Shown: positions 46,857 through 56,660, numbered from the stretch's first letter. The stretch is DNA of 64,000 nt from Planctomycetota bacterium (GCA_040755855.1 JBFMAD010000001.1:64001-128000); one strand, 5' to 3'. The notes: generated by a model not told the origin, from the sequence alone. Numbers and translations: made by a program.

Positions 46857-48192
46857 ATTCGCCTCCTACGACGAGGTCGTGCAGTACCTCTTCTCGGCCA
46901 TCAACTTCGAGAAGGTGAGCAAGTACTCCTATGATCCTGCAACGCTGAACCTGAAGCGTGAGCGCGACCTCCTCGCCTCGGTGGGCAATCCGCATGAGAA
47001 GCAGAAGTTCGTCCACATCGCCGGCACGAAGGGCAAGGGTTCGACGGCGATCCTGCTGGCCTCGATCCTGTCGGCCCACGGCCTGCGGACGGGCCTGCTC
47101 ACGTCGCCGCATCTGGTGCACGTCGAGGAGCGCATCACCGTGGACGGCGAGATGATGCCCAAGCCGCGCGTGATCGAGGTGATGAACCGCCTCGCGCCGC
47201 ACATTGACGCCGTACGCGCCCGGAACCCGCGCGAGGCCCCGACCTACTGGGAAATCCTGACCGCCGTGGCGTTCCTCCACTACTTTGAGGAACGGTGCGA
47301 CATCAGCGTCATCGAGGTCGGTCTCGGCGGCAGGCTCGACTCCACCAACGTGATTATGCCGGGGGCGTGTGTCATCACGCGAATTGACTACGACCATACG
47401 GAGAAGCTCGGAAAAACGCTTGCGAAGATCGCCGGCGAGAAGGCGGCCATCATCAAAGACCGCGTGCCCGTCGTCGTCTCGCCGCAGCCGGCCGAGGCAT
47501 ACACGGTCATCGAGAGTCGGGCCAGGGAGACGCGCTCGGAACTCCTGCACCCCTGTCGCGTCCTGTCCTCGATCAACGCCGAGCGAGAGGGCCGCCCCGG
47601 GATATTGGTGAGCCTGGAGGGCCGGCGCAGGCGGTACGAGGACCTCTTCCTTCCGGTCATCGGCGAGCACCAGGCCGAGAATGTGGCAACCGCCGTGGCC
47701 GCGGCCGAGGCGATCGAGGCGCAGGGCCTCGTGACGCTGTCGGCGGACACGGTGCGGGAGTGCCTGAGCGCCGTGAGGATTCCCGGACGGATTGAGATCA
47801 TCTCGCATTACCCGATGGTTGTGCTGGACTGCGCGCACAACGTCGTCTCCGCGCGGGCGCTGAAGCGGGCCATCACGGGGCGCCTTCGCTACGATCGGAT
47901 GGTGCTGCTCATGGGCATGTCCATGGACAAGGACGTTGACGGGTTCCTGTCCGAGATCGTGCCGTTGGCCGATCGCGTGATATTCACAAAAGTGGATAAT
48001 CCCCGCGCGGCCGATGCGCACGATCTCGCCGAGCGGTCGCGCCGGCTTTGCCCCGTTGCAGTCGAAGCGATTCCCGATCCCGCGGAGGCCCTTGCGGCGG
48101 CGCAGCGCGGGCTGGGGAAGGCGGACCTGCTCTGCATCACCGGGTCGTTCTATCTGGCGGGAAAGATCAAGGAACTGATCGAACAGGGATAA
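46825..48192 (+). CDS. folC: Folylpolyglutamate synthase / dihydrofolate synthase
   Basis: HIAGTKGKGST, TSPHL, EVGLGGRLDSTN, DHTEKLG, DCAHN, TGSFYL. Confidence 0.95.
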   Translation: MSRPPTPATNRFASYDEVVQYLFSAINFEKVSKYSYDPATLNLKRERDLLASVGNPHEKQKFVHIAGTKGKGSTAILLASILSAHGLRTGLLTSPHLVHVEERITVDGEMMPKPRVIEVMNRLAPHIDAVRARNPREAPTYWEILTAVAFLHYFEERCDISVIEVGLGGRLDSTNVIMPGACVITRIDYDHTEKLGKTLAKIAGEKAAIIKDRVPVVVSPQPAEAYTVIESRARETRSELLHPCRVLSSINAEREGRPGILVSLEGRRRRYEDLFLPVIGEHQAENVATAVAAAEAIEAQGLVTLSADTVRECLSAVRIPGRIEIISHYPMVVLDCAHNVVSARALKRAITGRLRYDRMVLLMGMSMDKDVDGFLSEIVPLADRVIFTKVDNPRAADAHDLAERSRRLCPVAVEAIPDPAEALAAAQRGLGKADLLCITGSFYLAGKIKELIEQG

Positions 48193-48211
48193 GCCGGGCA
48201 AGTGATGTACA

Positions 48212-48276
48212 GCAGAAAGGCAGGTGCCAGCCCGACTACATTGCTGTAGCCGTGGGGCAGAGCTGGGTCACCTGCC
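48212..48276 (-). ncRNA. Candidate small structured RNA (alternatively a bidirectional terminator)
   Basis: Minus-strand promoter TTGACT-N18-TATGCT (48313-48284) places +1 at the base of a 58-nt stem-loop with a GCAA tetraloop, followed by TTTCT. Confidence 0.35.
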
Positions 48277-48465
48277 AAATAATAGCATAGCAAATATCTT
48301 TCCTCGCAGTCAAGGCAAAATTTAAAAAGTTTTAGAGAATTTTCATCTCCGCTATTGTAAATGCCATAGTCTTAACTGACCGCCATCTATAAAATTATAC
48401 AATTTGTGATATTCGGATGGTTGACGAATTAAGAGAAAATTTTCCCGCCGGCTGATTTGATGTGG

Positions 48466-49224
48466 TCACTTTTGACCCCTGGTCGTTTCTTGCTCGCCGA
48501 CGCCGGGTGACTCCCCCATCCGGCAACGAATCCACAGCGTCCCCTCGCTCTTTCGCACCCGGGCCGCGGCGCGTCGCATCTTATTCTCGTCCAGTCGGTC
48601 ACTCCGATCGTCGGGCGTGGACGGCAAGTGATACTCGCGGACACAACTGTCGAAAGGCTTCCCCTCGTAAACCTTCTCCGGCGACGGGGCGCGGCCAGGT
48701 CCTGCATAGCCCTCGTAAACCGTAAAATATGCGGAGATTATGTCTTTACCCTCTAAAAAATATGTCTGGGACGTCGCCTGTGTGAACTCGCGCGGATGGG
48801 CAAAAACGCACCAGTTCCGTTCCCGACCATCCACCGTATCGGGCAGGACGATGGTGTAGATATAGCCCCGCGTCTCCATCGTTCCATCGCGCTGCATGAC
48901 CCAATCTTTGATCTGCGCGTCGAAGGTTGGCTGGGTCGAGGAACGCTCCGCAGAAACCCGCTCGATCCACGAGGCGTTGTTGGCGCCGTCGGGCCGACAC
49001 AATTCCTCAAGCGTCCCATACTCCCCCACCCCGTCCCTGTCCTCGTCGCGGGCGGCGGCCCTCTGGTATTCCTGTTGGGCGGCGGCGATCAGGGCGAGAA
49101 CGTCCATGCGCTCCGCATACTCCTCGAACCCGGCCGCGCCGCGGCGGACCTGAACCCAGACGAACAGCCCCCCGAGCGCGAGGCCGATCAGAATATACAC
49201 AATAATGACAATCCGTTTCGCCAT
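48466..49224 (-). CDS. Hypothetical membrane-anchored protein
   Basis: N-terminal TM helix, AAQQEY...DEDRDGVGEYGTLEEL; family not confidently recognised. Confidence 0.65.
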   Translation of the reverse strand: MAKRIVIIVYILIGLALGGLFVWVQVRRGAAGFEEYAERMDVLALIAAAQQEYQRAAARDEDRDGVGEYGTLEELCRPDGANNASWIERVSAERSSTQPTFDAQIKDWVMQRDGTMETRGYIYTIVLPDTVDGRERNWCVFAHPREFTQATSQTYFLEGKDIISAYFTVYEGYAGPGRAPSPEKVYEGKPFDSCVREYHLPSTPDDRSDRLDENKMRRAAARVRKSEGTLWIRCRMGESPGVGEQETTRGQK

Positions 49225-49345
49225 GTGCCGTACGTTTTATCCCTTAGGCGATTGATCTTGACGCGACGATCATACCTGATAGAATGCCTCCACGTCAAAC
49301 GCTTCGGGTCGCCTGGGTGCATGTCATTTTTCGCGGCGAACATGG

Positions 49346-49471
49346 GCATTGACAATCTCAAATCTCAGAATATACTTGAACAACTAAGAGCGCAATGGGA
49401 TATTCAATCCCAAGCCCTTCGAGAATAATGCCATGAGACATCCAAAAAGTAGAAATTCAAGACCTGACCCC
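49346..49471 (+). repeat. Promoter-bearing ~125-bp module ending in AAAAAGTAGAAATTCAAGACCTGACCCC (copy 1)
   Basis: About 80% identical by eye to 56485-56610; contains TTGACA-N16-TATACT. Confidence 0.85.
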
Positions 49472-49531
49472 AATAGTTGGTTGTGGGGGTGCTCCCCACC
49501 TGATTCGTGAGTTGCGCTGCGGAGTGCGTAG

Positions 49532-52500
49532 ATGAACCCGGGTGAATTTATTCAGAAATGGAAGGGATCGGAACTCTCCGAACGCTCCGCCTGCCAGCAG
49601 CACTTCCTCGACCTCTGCGACCTCCTCAACCACCCCAAGCCCGCCGACGTGGACAAGACCGGCGAGACCTTCACCTTCGAAAAAGGCGCGGAAAAACACA
49701 CCGGCGGCGAGGGCTGGGCCGACGTCTGGAAAAAAGGCTTCTTCGGCTGGGAATACAAAAAGAAACATGCCGACCTGAACCGGGCCTACGACCAGCTCCT
49801 CAACTACCGCGAAGCCCTGGAAAACCCGCCCCTACTCGTCGTCTGCGACATGGACCGCATCATCGTCCGAACCAACTTTACCGGCACGGCCACGGACACC
49901 CACGAGATCGCCCTGAAGGACCTCGGACAGCCCCGCAGCCTCGAAATCCTCCGCGCCGTCTTCCACGACCCCGACAAGCTCAAGCCCGGCCGCACCAGCG
50001 AGGCCATCACACAGGAAGCCGCCAGCCGCATCGGCGACATCGCCCAGGCCCTCCGCGACCGCGGACTGGACGCCCGCAGCGTCGCCCACTTCCTTGACCG
50101 CATCGTCTTCTGCCTATTCGCCGAGGACATCGGCCTGCTGCCCGAAAAATTATTCGCCCGCATCCTCGAAAAGAGCAAGGACGACCCCGTCCGCTTCGCC
50201 AAGCTCATCGGGCAGTTGTTCGACGCCATGGCCAACGGCGGCGATTTCGGCATGGACGAAATCCGCCGCTTCAACGGCAACCTGTTCACCCCCGGCCCGA
50301 TCCTTGACTTGACGATGGGGGAGATCGAAAGCATCCGCGCGGCGGCCACGCTCGATTGGAGCGCCGTGGACCCCTCCATCTTCGGCACCCTCTTTGTCCG
50401 CGGCATGGACCCCGCCCAGCGCGCACAACTCGGGGCGCAATACACCAGCCGCCAGGACATCGAGACGCTCGTCGAGCCGGTCGTCATGGCCCCCTTGCGG
50501 CGGGAATGGAACGAGATCAAACAGATCGTCGAAAACCTTCTCACAACAGGAAAGAAAAAGCCCCAGGCGTCCGGCCAAATCCAAAATCCCAAATCCAAAA
50601 TCCAAAATCTTCGCAAGGCCCGCGGCGAGGCGGCCCGCATCGTCCAGCGATTCCTCGAAGACCTGTCGCACGTGACGGTGCTGGACCCCGCCTGCGGCAG
50701 CGCGAACTTCCTCTACGTCACCCTCCAGAAGTTGAAGGACTTGGAAAAAGAGGCGATCCTCTACGCCTCGCAGCGCGGCCTGGGGGCGTTCCTGCCCTTT
50801 GTGAACCCCAAGCAGCTCTACGGGATCGAGATCAGCCCCTACGCCCACGAACTGGCGCAGATGACAATCTGGATCGGCTATCTGCAATGGACGCGCGTCA
50901 ACGGCTTCGGCTGGCCGCGCGACCCGGTGCTCGAGCCGATGGACAACATCGCGTGCAAGGACGCCATCCTCGACCTCACGGGCCGGGGACATGAACCAAG
51001 CCAGGAACAGAAAGGCAATGTCATTGCGAGCGAAGCGAAGCAATCTCATGAGATCGCCACGCGCCCTTCGGGCGCTCGCGATGACAAACCGGGCCCACCC
51101 ACCGAACCCGACTGGCCCACGGTGGACTTCATCGTCGGCAACCCGCCGTTCCTGGGGGGAAGCAAGATATGGGAGGAATTGGGCCGGGATTACCAGGAGC
51201 AACTTTGGGAGGTCTACAAGGACCGAGTGCCGGGCTTCGCCGACCTCTGCTGCTACTGGTTCGAGAAGGCGCGGACACAGATCGAGAAGGGCCTGTGCAG
51301 GCGGGCAGGGCTGCTCGCTACACAGGGCATCCGGGGCGGAGCAAACCGGGAAGTCCTCAAACGAATCAAAGAAACGGGCGACATCTTCTTCGCCGAGAGT
51401 GACCGCCCCTGGATTCTGGACGGGGCGAATGTGCATATTTCTATGGTCGGGTTCGACGACGGCTCGGAGAAGTCGAAAATACTTGACGGGCAATCTGTCC
51501 AGACCATCAACCCGAATCTGTCGTCAACCGCCGATATCACGAAGGCAGTGGTTCTGAAAGAGAACCAGAACATCTGCTACATAGGGACGAAGAAGGCCGG
51601 GCCATTTGATGTTGACAGCGATGTCGCGCTGGATTGGCTGCAACTACCTAACCCGAATGGTCGTCCGACATCGGATGTGTTAGTGCCCTGGCTCAATGGC
51701 GAGGCTATCACCAAGCGAGTACCTCAGCGATGGATTATTGACGCAGGCGTCGATACCCCACTTGAGGAGTTTTCCAGGTATGAGAAGGTCTTTGAGCATG
51801 TGTTGACGCACGTGAAGGCGGAGCGAAACAAGAATAAGGAGAAACGGACAAGGGAGAATTGGTGGCTCTACAAACGGTCGGCACCTGACATGCGACTTTC
51901 GATCAAACACTTGCACCGGTATCTTGCGACGCCACGCGTCTCGAAGTTCCGGGTTTTCACATGGGTGGCTCCTGTAGTGATGTGCGACGATGGGATATAC
52001 CTCTTCGCCCGTTCCGACGATTATTTCTTTGGGGTTTTGCACTCGCGGATTCACGAGGTGTGGGTGCTGCGGTTGGGCACTCGGTTGGAGACGCGACCCC
52101 GCTACACGCCGACGACGTGTTTTGAGACGTTCCCCTTTCCCGAATGCGGAGTGCGGAATGCGGAATGCGGAATGGAAGAGGAAAAGTCTCTCGCAAGGCA
52201 CGCAAAGAACGCAAAGGAATCCGATTCAATCCAAAATCAGCAATCCAAAATCCAAAATGAGATCGCCGAAGCCGCGAAGGAACTCGATCAACTGCGGAAT
52301 AACTGGCTCAATCCGCCCGAATGGACGAAGGAAGATGTCCTCGAATTCCCCGGCTCAGTGGACGGGCCGTGGGCGCGCTACATTGATCCGACCTCCCGGA
52401 GGTCGGAACCTCCGGGAGGTCCAGGCATCGGCACGGTCCGCTACCCCCGCATCGTCCCCAGGGACGAGGAGTGCGCGAGGAAGCTGAAGAAGCGCACGCT

Positions 52501-52657
52501 GACGAATCTATACAACGAGCGCCCCGCCTGGCTCGACCTCGCCCACAAGAAGCTCGACGAGGCCGTCTTCGCCGCCTACGGCTGGGGGTCCGACCTCTCG
52601 GACGAGGAGATTCTGGAGCGCCTGCTCGCGCTGAACCTGGACAATAGTGGACAATAG
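49532..52657 (+). CDS. MmeI-like Type IIL/IIG restriction-modification enzyme (endonuclease + N6-adenine MTase + TRD)
   Basis: WADVWKKGFFGWEYK (PD-ExK), FCLFAEDIGLL, FNGNLF, PSIFGTLF, LDPACGSANFL, IVGNPPFLG, TCFETFPFP, TLTNLYN. Confidence 0.9.
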   Translation: MNPGEFIQKWKGSELSERSACQQHFLDLCDLLNHPKPADVDKTGETFTFEKGAEKHTGGEGWADVWKKGFFGWEYKKKHADLNRAYDQLLNYREALENPPLLVVCDMDRIIVRTNFTGTATDTHEIALKDLGQPRSLEILRAVFHDPDKLKPGRTSEAITQEAASRIGDIAQALRDRGLDARSVAHFLDRIVFCLFAEDIGLLPEKLFARILEKSKDDPVRFAKLIGQLFDAMANGGDFGMDEIRRFNGNLFTPGPILDLTMGEIESIRAAATLDWSAVDPSIFGTLFVRGMDPAQRAQLGAQYTSRQDIETLVEPVVMAPLRREWNEIKQIVENLLTTGKKKPQASGQIQNPKSKIQNLRKARGEAARIVQRFLEDLSHVTVLDPACGSANFLYVTLQKLKDLEKEAILYASQRGLGAFLPFVNPKQLYGIEISPYAHELAQMTIWIGYLQWTRVNGFGWPRDPVLEPMDNIACKDAILDLTGRGHEPSQEQKGNVIASEAKQSHEIATRPSGARDDKPGPPTEPDWPTVDFIVGNPPFLGGSKIWEELGRDYQEQLWEVYKDRVPGFADLCCYWFEKARTQIEKGLCRRAGLLATQGIRGGANREVLKRIKETGDIFFAESDRPWILDGANVHISMVGFDDGSEKSKILDGQSVQTINPNLSSTADITKAVVLKENQNICYIGTKKAGPFDVDSDVALDWLQLPNPNGRPTSDVLVPWLNGEAITKRVPQRWIIDAGVDTPLEEFSRYEKVFEHVLTHVKAERNKNKEKRTRENWWLYKRSAPDMRLSIKHLHRYLATPRVSKFRVFTWVAPVVMCDDGIYLFARSDDYFFGVLHSRIHEVWVLRLGTRLETRPRYTPTTCFETFPFPECGVRNAECGMEEEKSLARHAKNAKESDSIQNQQSKIQNEIAEAAKELDQLRNNWLNPPEWTKEDVLEFPGSVDGPWARYIDPTSRRSEPPGGPGIGTVRYPRIVPRDEECARKLKKRTLTNLYNERPAWLDLAHKKLDEAVFAAYGWGSDLSDEEILERLLALNLDNSGQ

Positions 52658-52683
52658 GGTCAGGTCTTAACTTTCTACTTTTT
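52657..52683 (-). repeat. 27-bp GGGTCAGGTCT-type end repeat
   Basis: GGGTCAGGTCTTAACTTTCTACTTTTT, overlapping the RM gene stop codon; inverted relative to 49444-49471. Confidence 0.85.
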
Positions 52684-52733
52684 ATATGCAGCGCAGAATG
52701 GGTTTGGTCAAGAAGCCCGAAAGGAGAGATGGC

Positions 52734-55700
52734 ATGAGAAAGGTCGCCGCCCTTTTCCCCATCGTCCTCGCCTGTCTGTTTGCACACGTCTTCGCCGCCG
52801 AGCCGATTGACGGCCGGTCGGCCGAGCGATGGAAGCCCGAACCTGGCTGGGCCCCGGGGCGAGAGGCGGAGAGTTTTGCCGTTAAGGACAACGACGGCCG
52901 GCTGGAGTTTTCCCTCTCCGGCAAAAACAGCCTGATGACCTGGACCCTCCAGCCGTCACCCGAGGAGATGAAGTACGAGCCGCGCTATCTCGTCCTCACC
53001 TATCGCGCCGATAACCTGAGGAAAGAGGACAGCAGCTACCTTCTCCTCATGAAGGACGGCTCGCCCGGATGGCGGCAGCTCCTCCTCGGCGAAGAGATGC
53101 AAACCGACGGTAAGGAGCACGCCTTCGTCATCGACGTCCTCAGCTATGCCCCGCCTGAGCCGATCTATCAGTTCGCCCTCCGCATCGGCGGGCCGGACGA
53201 GGGCCGCGGCCGCCTGCTGATGAAGATGCAGTTTACCAACGACCCGCCGGCCGGGATCGAACCGAAAAGCGCTGCGCCGGTCGAGCCGGTGAAGGCGCGC
53301 ATCGACTTCGAGGAGATCGAGTGGAATCCCTCGCCCAACTGGACGCCGCGCCCCCCCGACAAGCACGACATGCAAAAGACCGATGCGGCTGTCCGCTTCC
53401 ACATGGCGGGCCAGCAGAAGTCCATGCGCTGGTCGGCGGCCGCTCCGAAGGGTCTCGACATCGGCAAGATGCCATTCGTCTCCATCCGCTACCGAGCGAG
53501 AGGGAAGTTCGCGCTTGGGGGATACGCCTTCTACATGAGCGCGACCGACGACAAGGGGCAGAAGGTCAGCACCTACCCCATGGCGCCGGGCGACGTGGAC
53601 GGCGACGGGCGGTGGCACGTCTTCCACGCGAAGCTCGGCGAGAAGGGCCTCGGCGGGACCATGGCCGTGGGCGTGGATTCCTTCAGCCCCGAGGCGGAGA
53701 TCGAAATGGACTATGTCGAGTACTCCTCCCTGCCGCCGAAGACGCCCATCGCCGAGATGCTGGCCTTTGAAAAACTCGATGCGCCCTGGCCCAAGGGTAG
53801 AGACGGGCTGACCGCCCTGCAGGTATCGAACGCTGGAATGGTCCCGAACCATTTTATGATCCCTCGCATGGGCATCGGGTCGTGGTTCGATACGCCTCAC
53901 ATCACCGTCGAGGGAATTCCCTTCCAGGTTCCCGCCGATCCATCGGCCATGTTGGCCTCCGGCACTGTGGGCGAGGACAAGCTCGCGGTCGCTCTGCCGC
54001 CGGACACAAGGGAGGTCCTGCTCCTCGTCGCCGCGGCCTTTCCATTCAGCGAGATGTTCGGTTCCAGCTGGCGGCGCCCGACGCCCCTCCGGATGCTCTC
54101 CGAGCCGGAGCGCTTGACCATCGAGTTGGTGTATCCCGATGGGACGTCGGACCACATGCTCCCGATCCACGCCGTCAAGTCGGAATACGGCGTGGGGCAC
54201 GACATCGCCGTGTATGCCGTTCACCCGTCGCCCGGTAAATCGCCCACCAAGCTGGTGCTCCACGACAACATGCGCAACGCCTGCTTCGGCGTCCTCGGCG
54301 TCACGGTGAACGCGGGGCAGCCAAAGTTCCGGGAGCCGGACATCCAGACGATCTGGTATCCGCCGGTGAAGAAGCCGGCGGCGGCCGAGGCGACCGTTTC
54401 GTTTAAGACCGATCAGGGTCTCACGTGGGACAAGATCGAGTCGCCCATGCTCGGCGGCGCGGTGGACCTGGCGGGACGGCCCGTATTCCATCTGACCCTG
54501 ACAAACGGTGAGGAGAAAAAGGAACTACCTTCGTCGAAATGGACCGTTGCCGACGTCGCAAGGGACGGCGCAAGTCTCAGCGCCACAGCAACATACACCG
54601 AGGGCAATGTTTCTCTGCGCGCGATGTTTCACGTGAAACATCAACCACCAAGCGGAGCAATGCTGTCCCTGGAAATATCAAACACGGGCGACGGCCCCGT
54701 GACAGGGACCCTCCTCTTCCCCTTTGTGGAGGGCCTGAAGATCGGCTCGCTGGAGGAGACATGGTACTTCTGCGGCCGGCGCGGCGGCGTGATCAACCGC
54801 GCGCCGTGCTACTGGCGCGACGAGATCGGCGAGGGCCACCCGATCCAGGTGGACGGATTTTTCAACCCGACGATCGGCGCGGGCATCTCCTTCATGCCGC
54901 GCGACATGGAGGGTGTGTTCCGGTACTACCGCGTGGAGAAGGACGAGACGGGGTGCCGGTACTGCCTCGAGTTCCTGCCGCAAACAGTCCCGCCGGGAGA
55001 GAAGTGGATGTCCATCCCCGTCGTCGCCGCCGTCATCCCCGGCGACTGGAAGGACCAGTATAACACGTACGCCGCATGGACGAAGACATGGTACAAACCC
55101 CTCGTCCCGCGGAAGGACTGGTTCCGCAAGGTCTTCGCCTTCTGCCCGGGCAGCCCCACGTCGAAAATGTCCGACCCGGTGGAGAAACGGATTGATTTCG
55201 TCGCCAAGTCCGGGGAACTCAAGGACGCCATCGGCGCGTGCGACTACATCCACCTCTTCGGCTGGGCGAAGACGGACCAGTACGGCCACTGGGGCGACTA
55301 CGATCACTACGACGCCGTCGGCGGCATGGAGGAGTTCGTGAAGCAGGTGCGCCGCTGCCAGGACGCAGGCATCCCCCTCGGGTTGTATCTCGACGGGTAT
55401 CTGGTCTCCACCAAGTCGCTCAAGCCGACGATGGACCAGCGCGAGAAGTGGGCCGTCCGCACGGAGAAAGGGGAGATGCTGTACCACGAGAGCTACGTCG
55501 CCCACTCCATGTGCCCCTACGTCCCGGCGTGGCGGGAGTATCTGACCAATGTGTATAAGCGCGTGGCGGCGGAGGTGAAGCCGAGCGGGATGTACATTGA
55601 CGAGTTCGGCCGATGCACGCCGTCTCGAACATGCTACAGCAAGGAGCACGGCCACCCCTCGCCCACGGGCATGTCCCCCGGCGAGCGCATCCTCATCCGG

Positions 55701-56330
55701 CAGATTCGCGAGGCCATCCCGCCGGAGATCGCCACATACTCCGAATTCATCCCGTGCGATGCGACGTGCCGATACCTCGACGGCGGCTTCGGGCACGTGG
55801 CGCTGGATGGCTGGCGACGCGGCTACGACGACGACGCCCCGCACTATGTAAATCTGCACCGCTTCGCCTTCCCCGACTTCAAGAGCTTCGAGCTGATCTA
55901 CTACGTGCCCGGGAAGAACGGCAACTACTTCCTGCTCAGGTATCCGTTCTTCAACGGCGACGGCTACTACCTGACCGATGCGTGCCGGATCAGCGACGAA
56001 CACACACAGGCATTCTACAAGAACGTCTTCCGCGTCCAGCATGACCATGTGGACACCTTCACGTCCGAGGATGTGGAGCCGATGGTTCGGACAGAGGCGC
56101 CGAATCTTTTTGCCAACCGCTTCTCCGTCCCCGCCAAGGCGGTCTGGACGCTCTTCAACGCCAACTACCGGACGCTGCGGGGCAGGCTGATGGTCGTCCC
56201 GCACATAGAAGGCGCGACGTACGCCGACGCATGGGGAGGCAAGCCGGTGGATGCGAAGATCGAGGGCGGCATGGCCGCGTTATCCTTCGAGATCGGCCCA
56301 CGCAGCGTTGGCTGCATCGTGCAAAAATAG
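52734..56330 (+). CDS. Large exported hypothetical protein with probable C-terminal glycoside-hydrolase-like TIM barrel
   Basis: Signal peptide; GDYDHY...GLYLDGY...MCP...SGMYIDEFG...C...HGH; family not certain. Confidence 0.75.
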   Translation: MRKVAALFPIVLACLFAHVFAAEPIDGRSAERWKPEPGWAPGREAESFAVKDNDGRLEFSLSGKNSLMTWTLQPSPEEMKYEPRYLVLTYRADNLRKEDSSYLLLMKDGSPGWRQLLLGEEMQTDGKEHAFVIDVLSYAPPEPIYQFALRIGGPDEGRGRLLMKMQFTNDPPAGIEPKSAAPVEPVKARIDFEEIEWNPSPNWTPRPPDKHDMQKTDAAVRFHMAGQQKSMRWSAAAPKGLDIGKMPFVSIRYRARGKFALGGYAFYMSATDDKGQKVSTYPMAPGDVDGDGRWHVFHAKLGEKGLGGTMAVGVDSFSPEAEIEMDYVEYSSLPPKTPIAEMLAFEKLDAPWPKGRDGLTALQVSNAGMVPNHFMIPRMGIGSWFDTPHITVEGIPFQVPADPSAMLASGTVGEDKLAVALPPDTREVLLLVAAAFPFSEMFGSSWRRPTPLRMLSEPERLTIELVYPDGTSDHMLPIHAVKSEYGVGHDIAVYAVHPSPGKSPTKLVLHDNMRNACFGVLGVTVNAGQPKFREPDIQTIWYPPVKKPAAAEATVSFKTDQGLTWDKIESPMLGGAVDLAGRPVFHLTLTNGEEKKELPSSKWTVADVARDGASLSATATYTEGNVSLRAMFHVKHQPPSGAMLSLEISNTGDGPVTGTLLFPFVEGLKIGSLEETWYFCGRRGGVINRAPCYWRDEIGEGHPIQVDGFFNPTIGAGISFMPRDMEGVFRYYRVEKDETGCRYCLEFLPQTVPPGEKWMSIPVVAAVIPGDWKDQYNTYAAWTKTWYKPLVPRKDWFRKVFAFCPGSPTSKMSDPVEKRIDFVAKSGELKDAIGACDYIHLFGWAKTDQYGHWGDYDHYDAVGGMEEFVKQVRRCQDAGIPLGLYLDGYLVSTKSLKPTMDQREKWAVRTEKGEMLYHESYVAHSMCPYVPAWREYLTNVYKRVAAEVKPSGMYIDEFGRCTPSRTCYSKEHGHPSPTGMSPGERILIRQIREAIPPEIATYSEFIPCDATCRYLDGGFGHVALDGWRRGYDDDAPHYVNLHRFAFPDFKSFELIYYVPGKNGNYFLLRYPFFNGDGYYLTDACRISDEHTQAFYKNVFRVQHDHVDTFTSEDVEPMVRTEAPNLFANRFSVPAKAVWTLFNANYRTLRGRLMVVPHIEGATYADAWGGKPVDAKIEGGMAALSFEIGPRSVGCIVQK
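54625..54640. promoter_or_regulatory. parS centromere-like site
   Basis: Perfect TGTTTCACGTGAAACA, within a 20-bp palindrome at 54623-54642, inside a CDS. Confidence 0.8.
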
Positions 56331-56361
56331 ACCCGTCGCCTAATCGGGGGTCATCCTCATT

Positions 56362-56610
56362 GGGGGTCAGGTCTAAACTTTCTACTTTTTAGGGGATTGC
56401 GGTCGAAGGGGCGACAAACGCTCTGCCCCTCATCTCCCGCCGATATCGATCCCGTCGCCCGCGAGGATGGGCCGAGCGACTTTCGCATTGACAATCCCAA
56501 ATCTCGGAATATACTTACACAAGTGAGAGATCAATGGGATATCCAATCCCGGGCGCTCCGGGGAACAATGCAATGACACACCCAAAAAGTAGAAAGTTAA
56601 GACCTGGCCC
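56362..56610. mobile_element. Non-autonomous element bounded by GGGGTCAGGTCT... / ...AGACCTGGCCC ends, carrying promoter module copy 2
   Basis: Left end at 56362-56390, right end at 56584-56610, module at 56485-56610; no ORF inside. Confidence 0.65.
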
Positions 56611-56660
56611 TTACAGTTCTTGACCCTTACAGTTCTCAGTTCTTACAAGGAAGGAACTCC

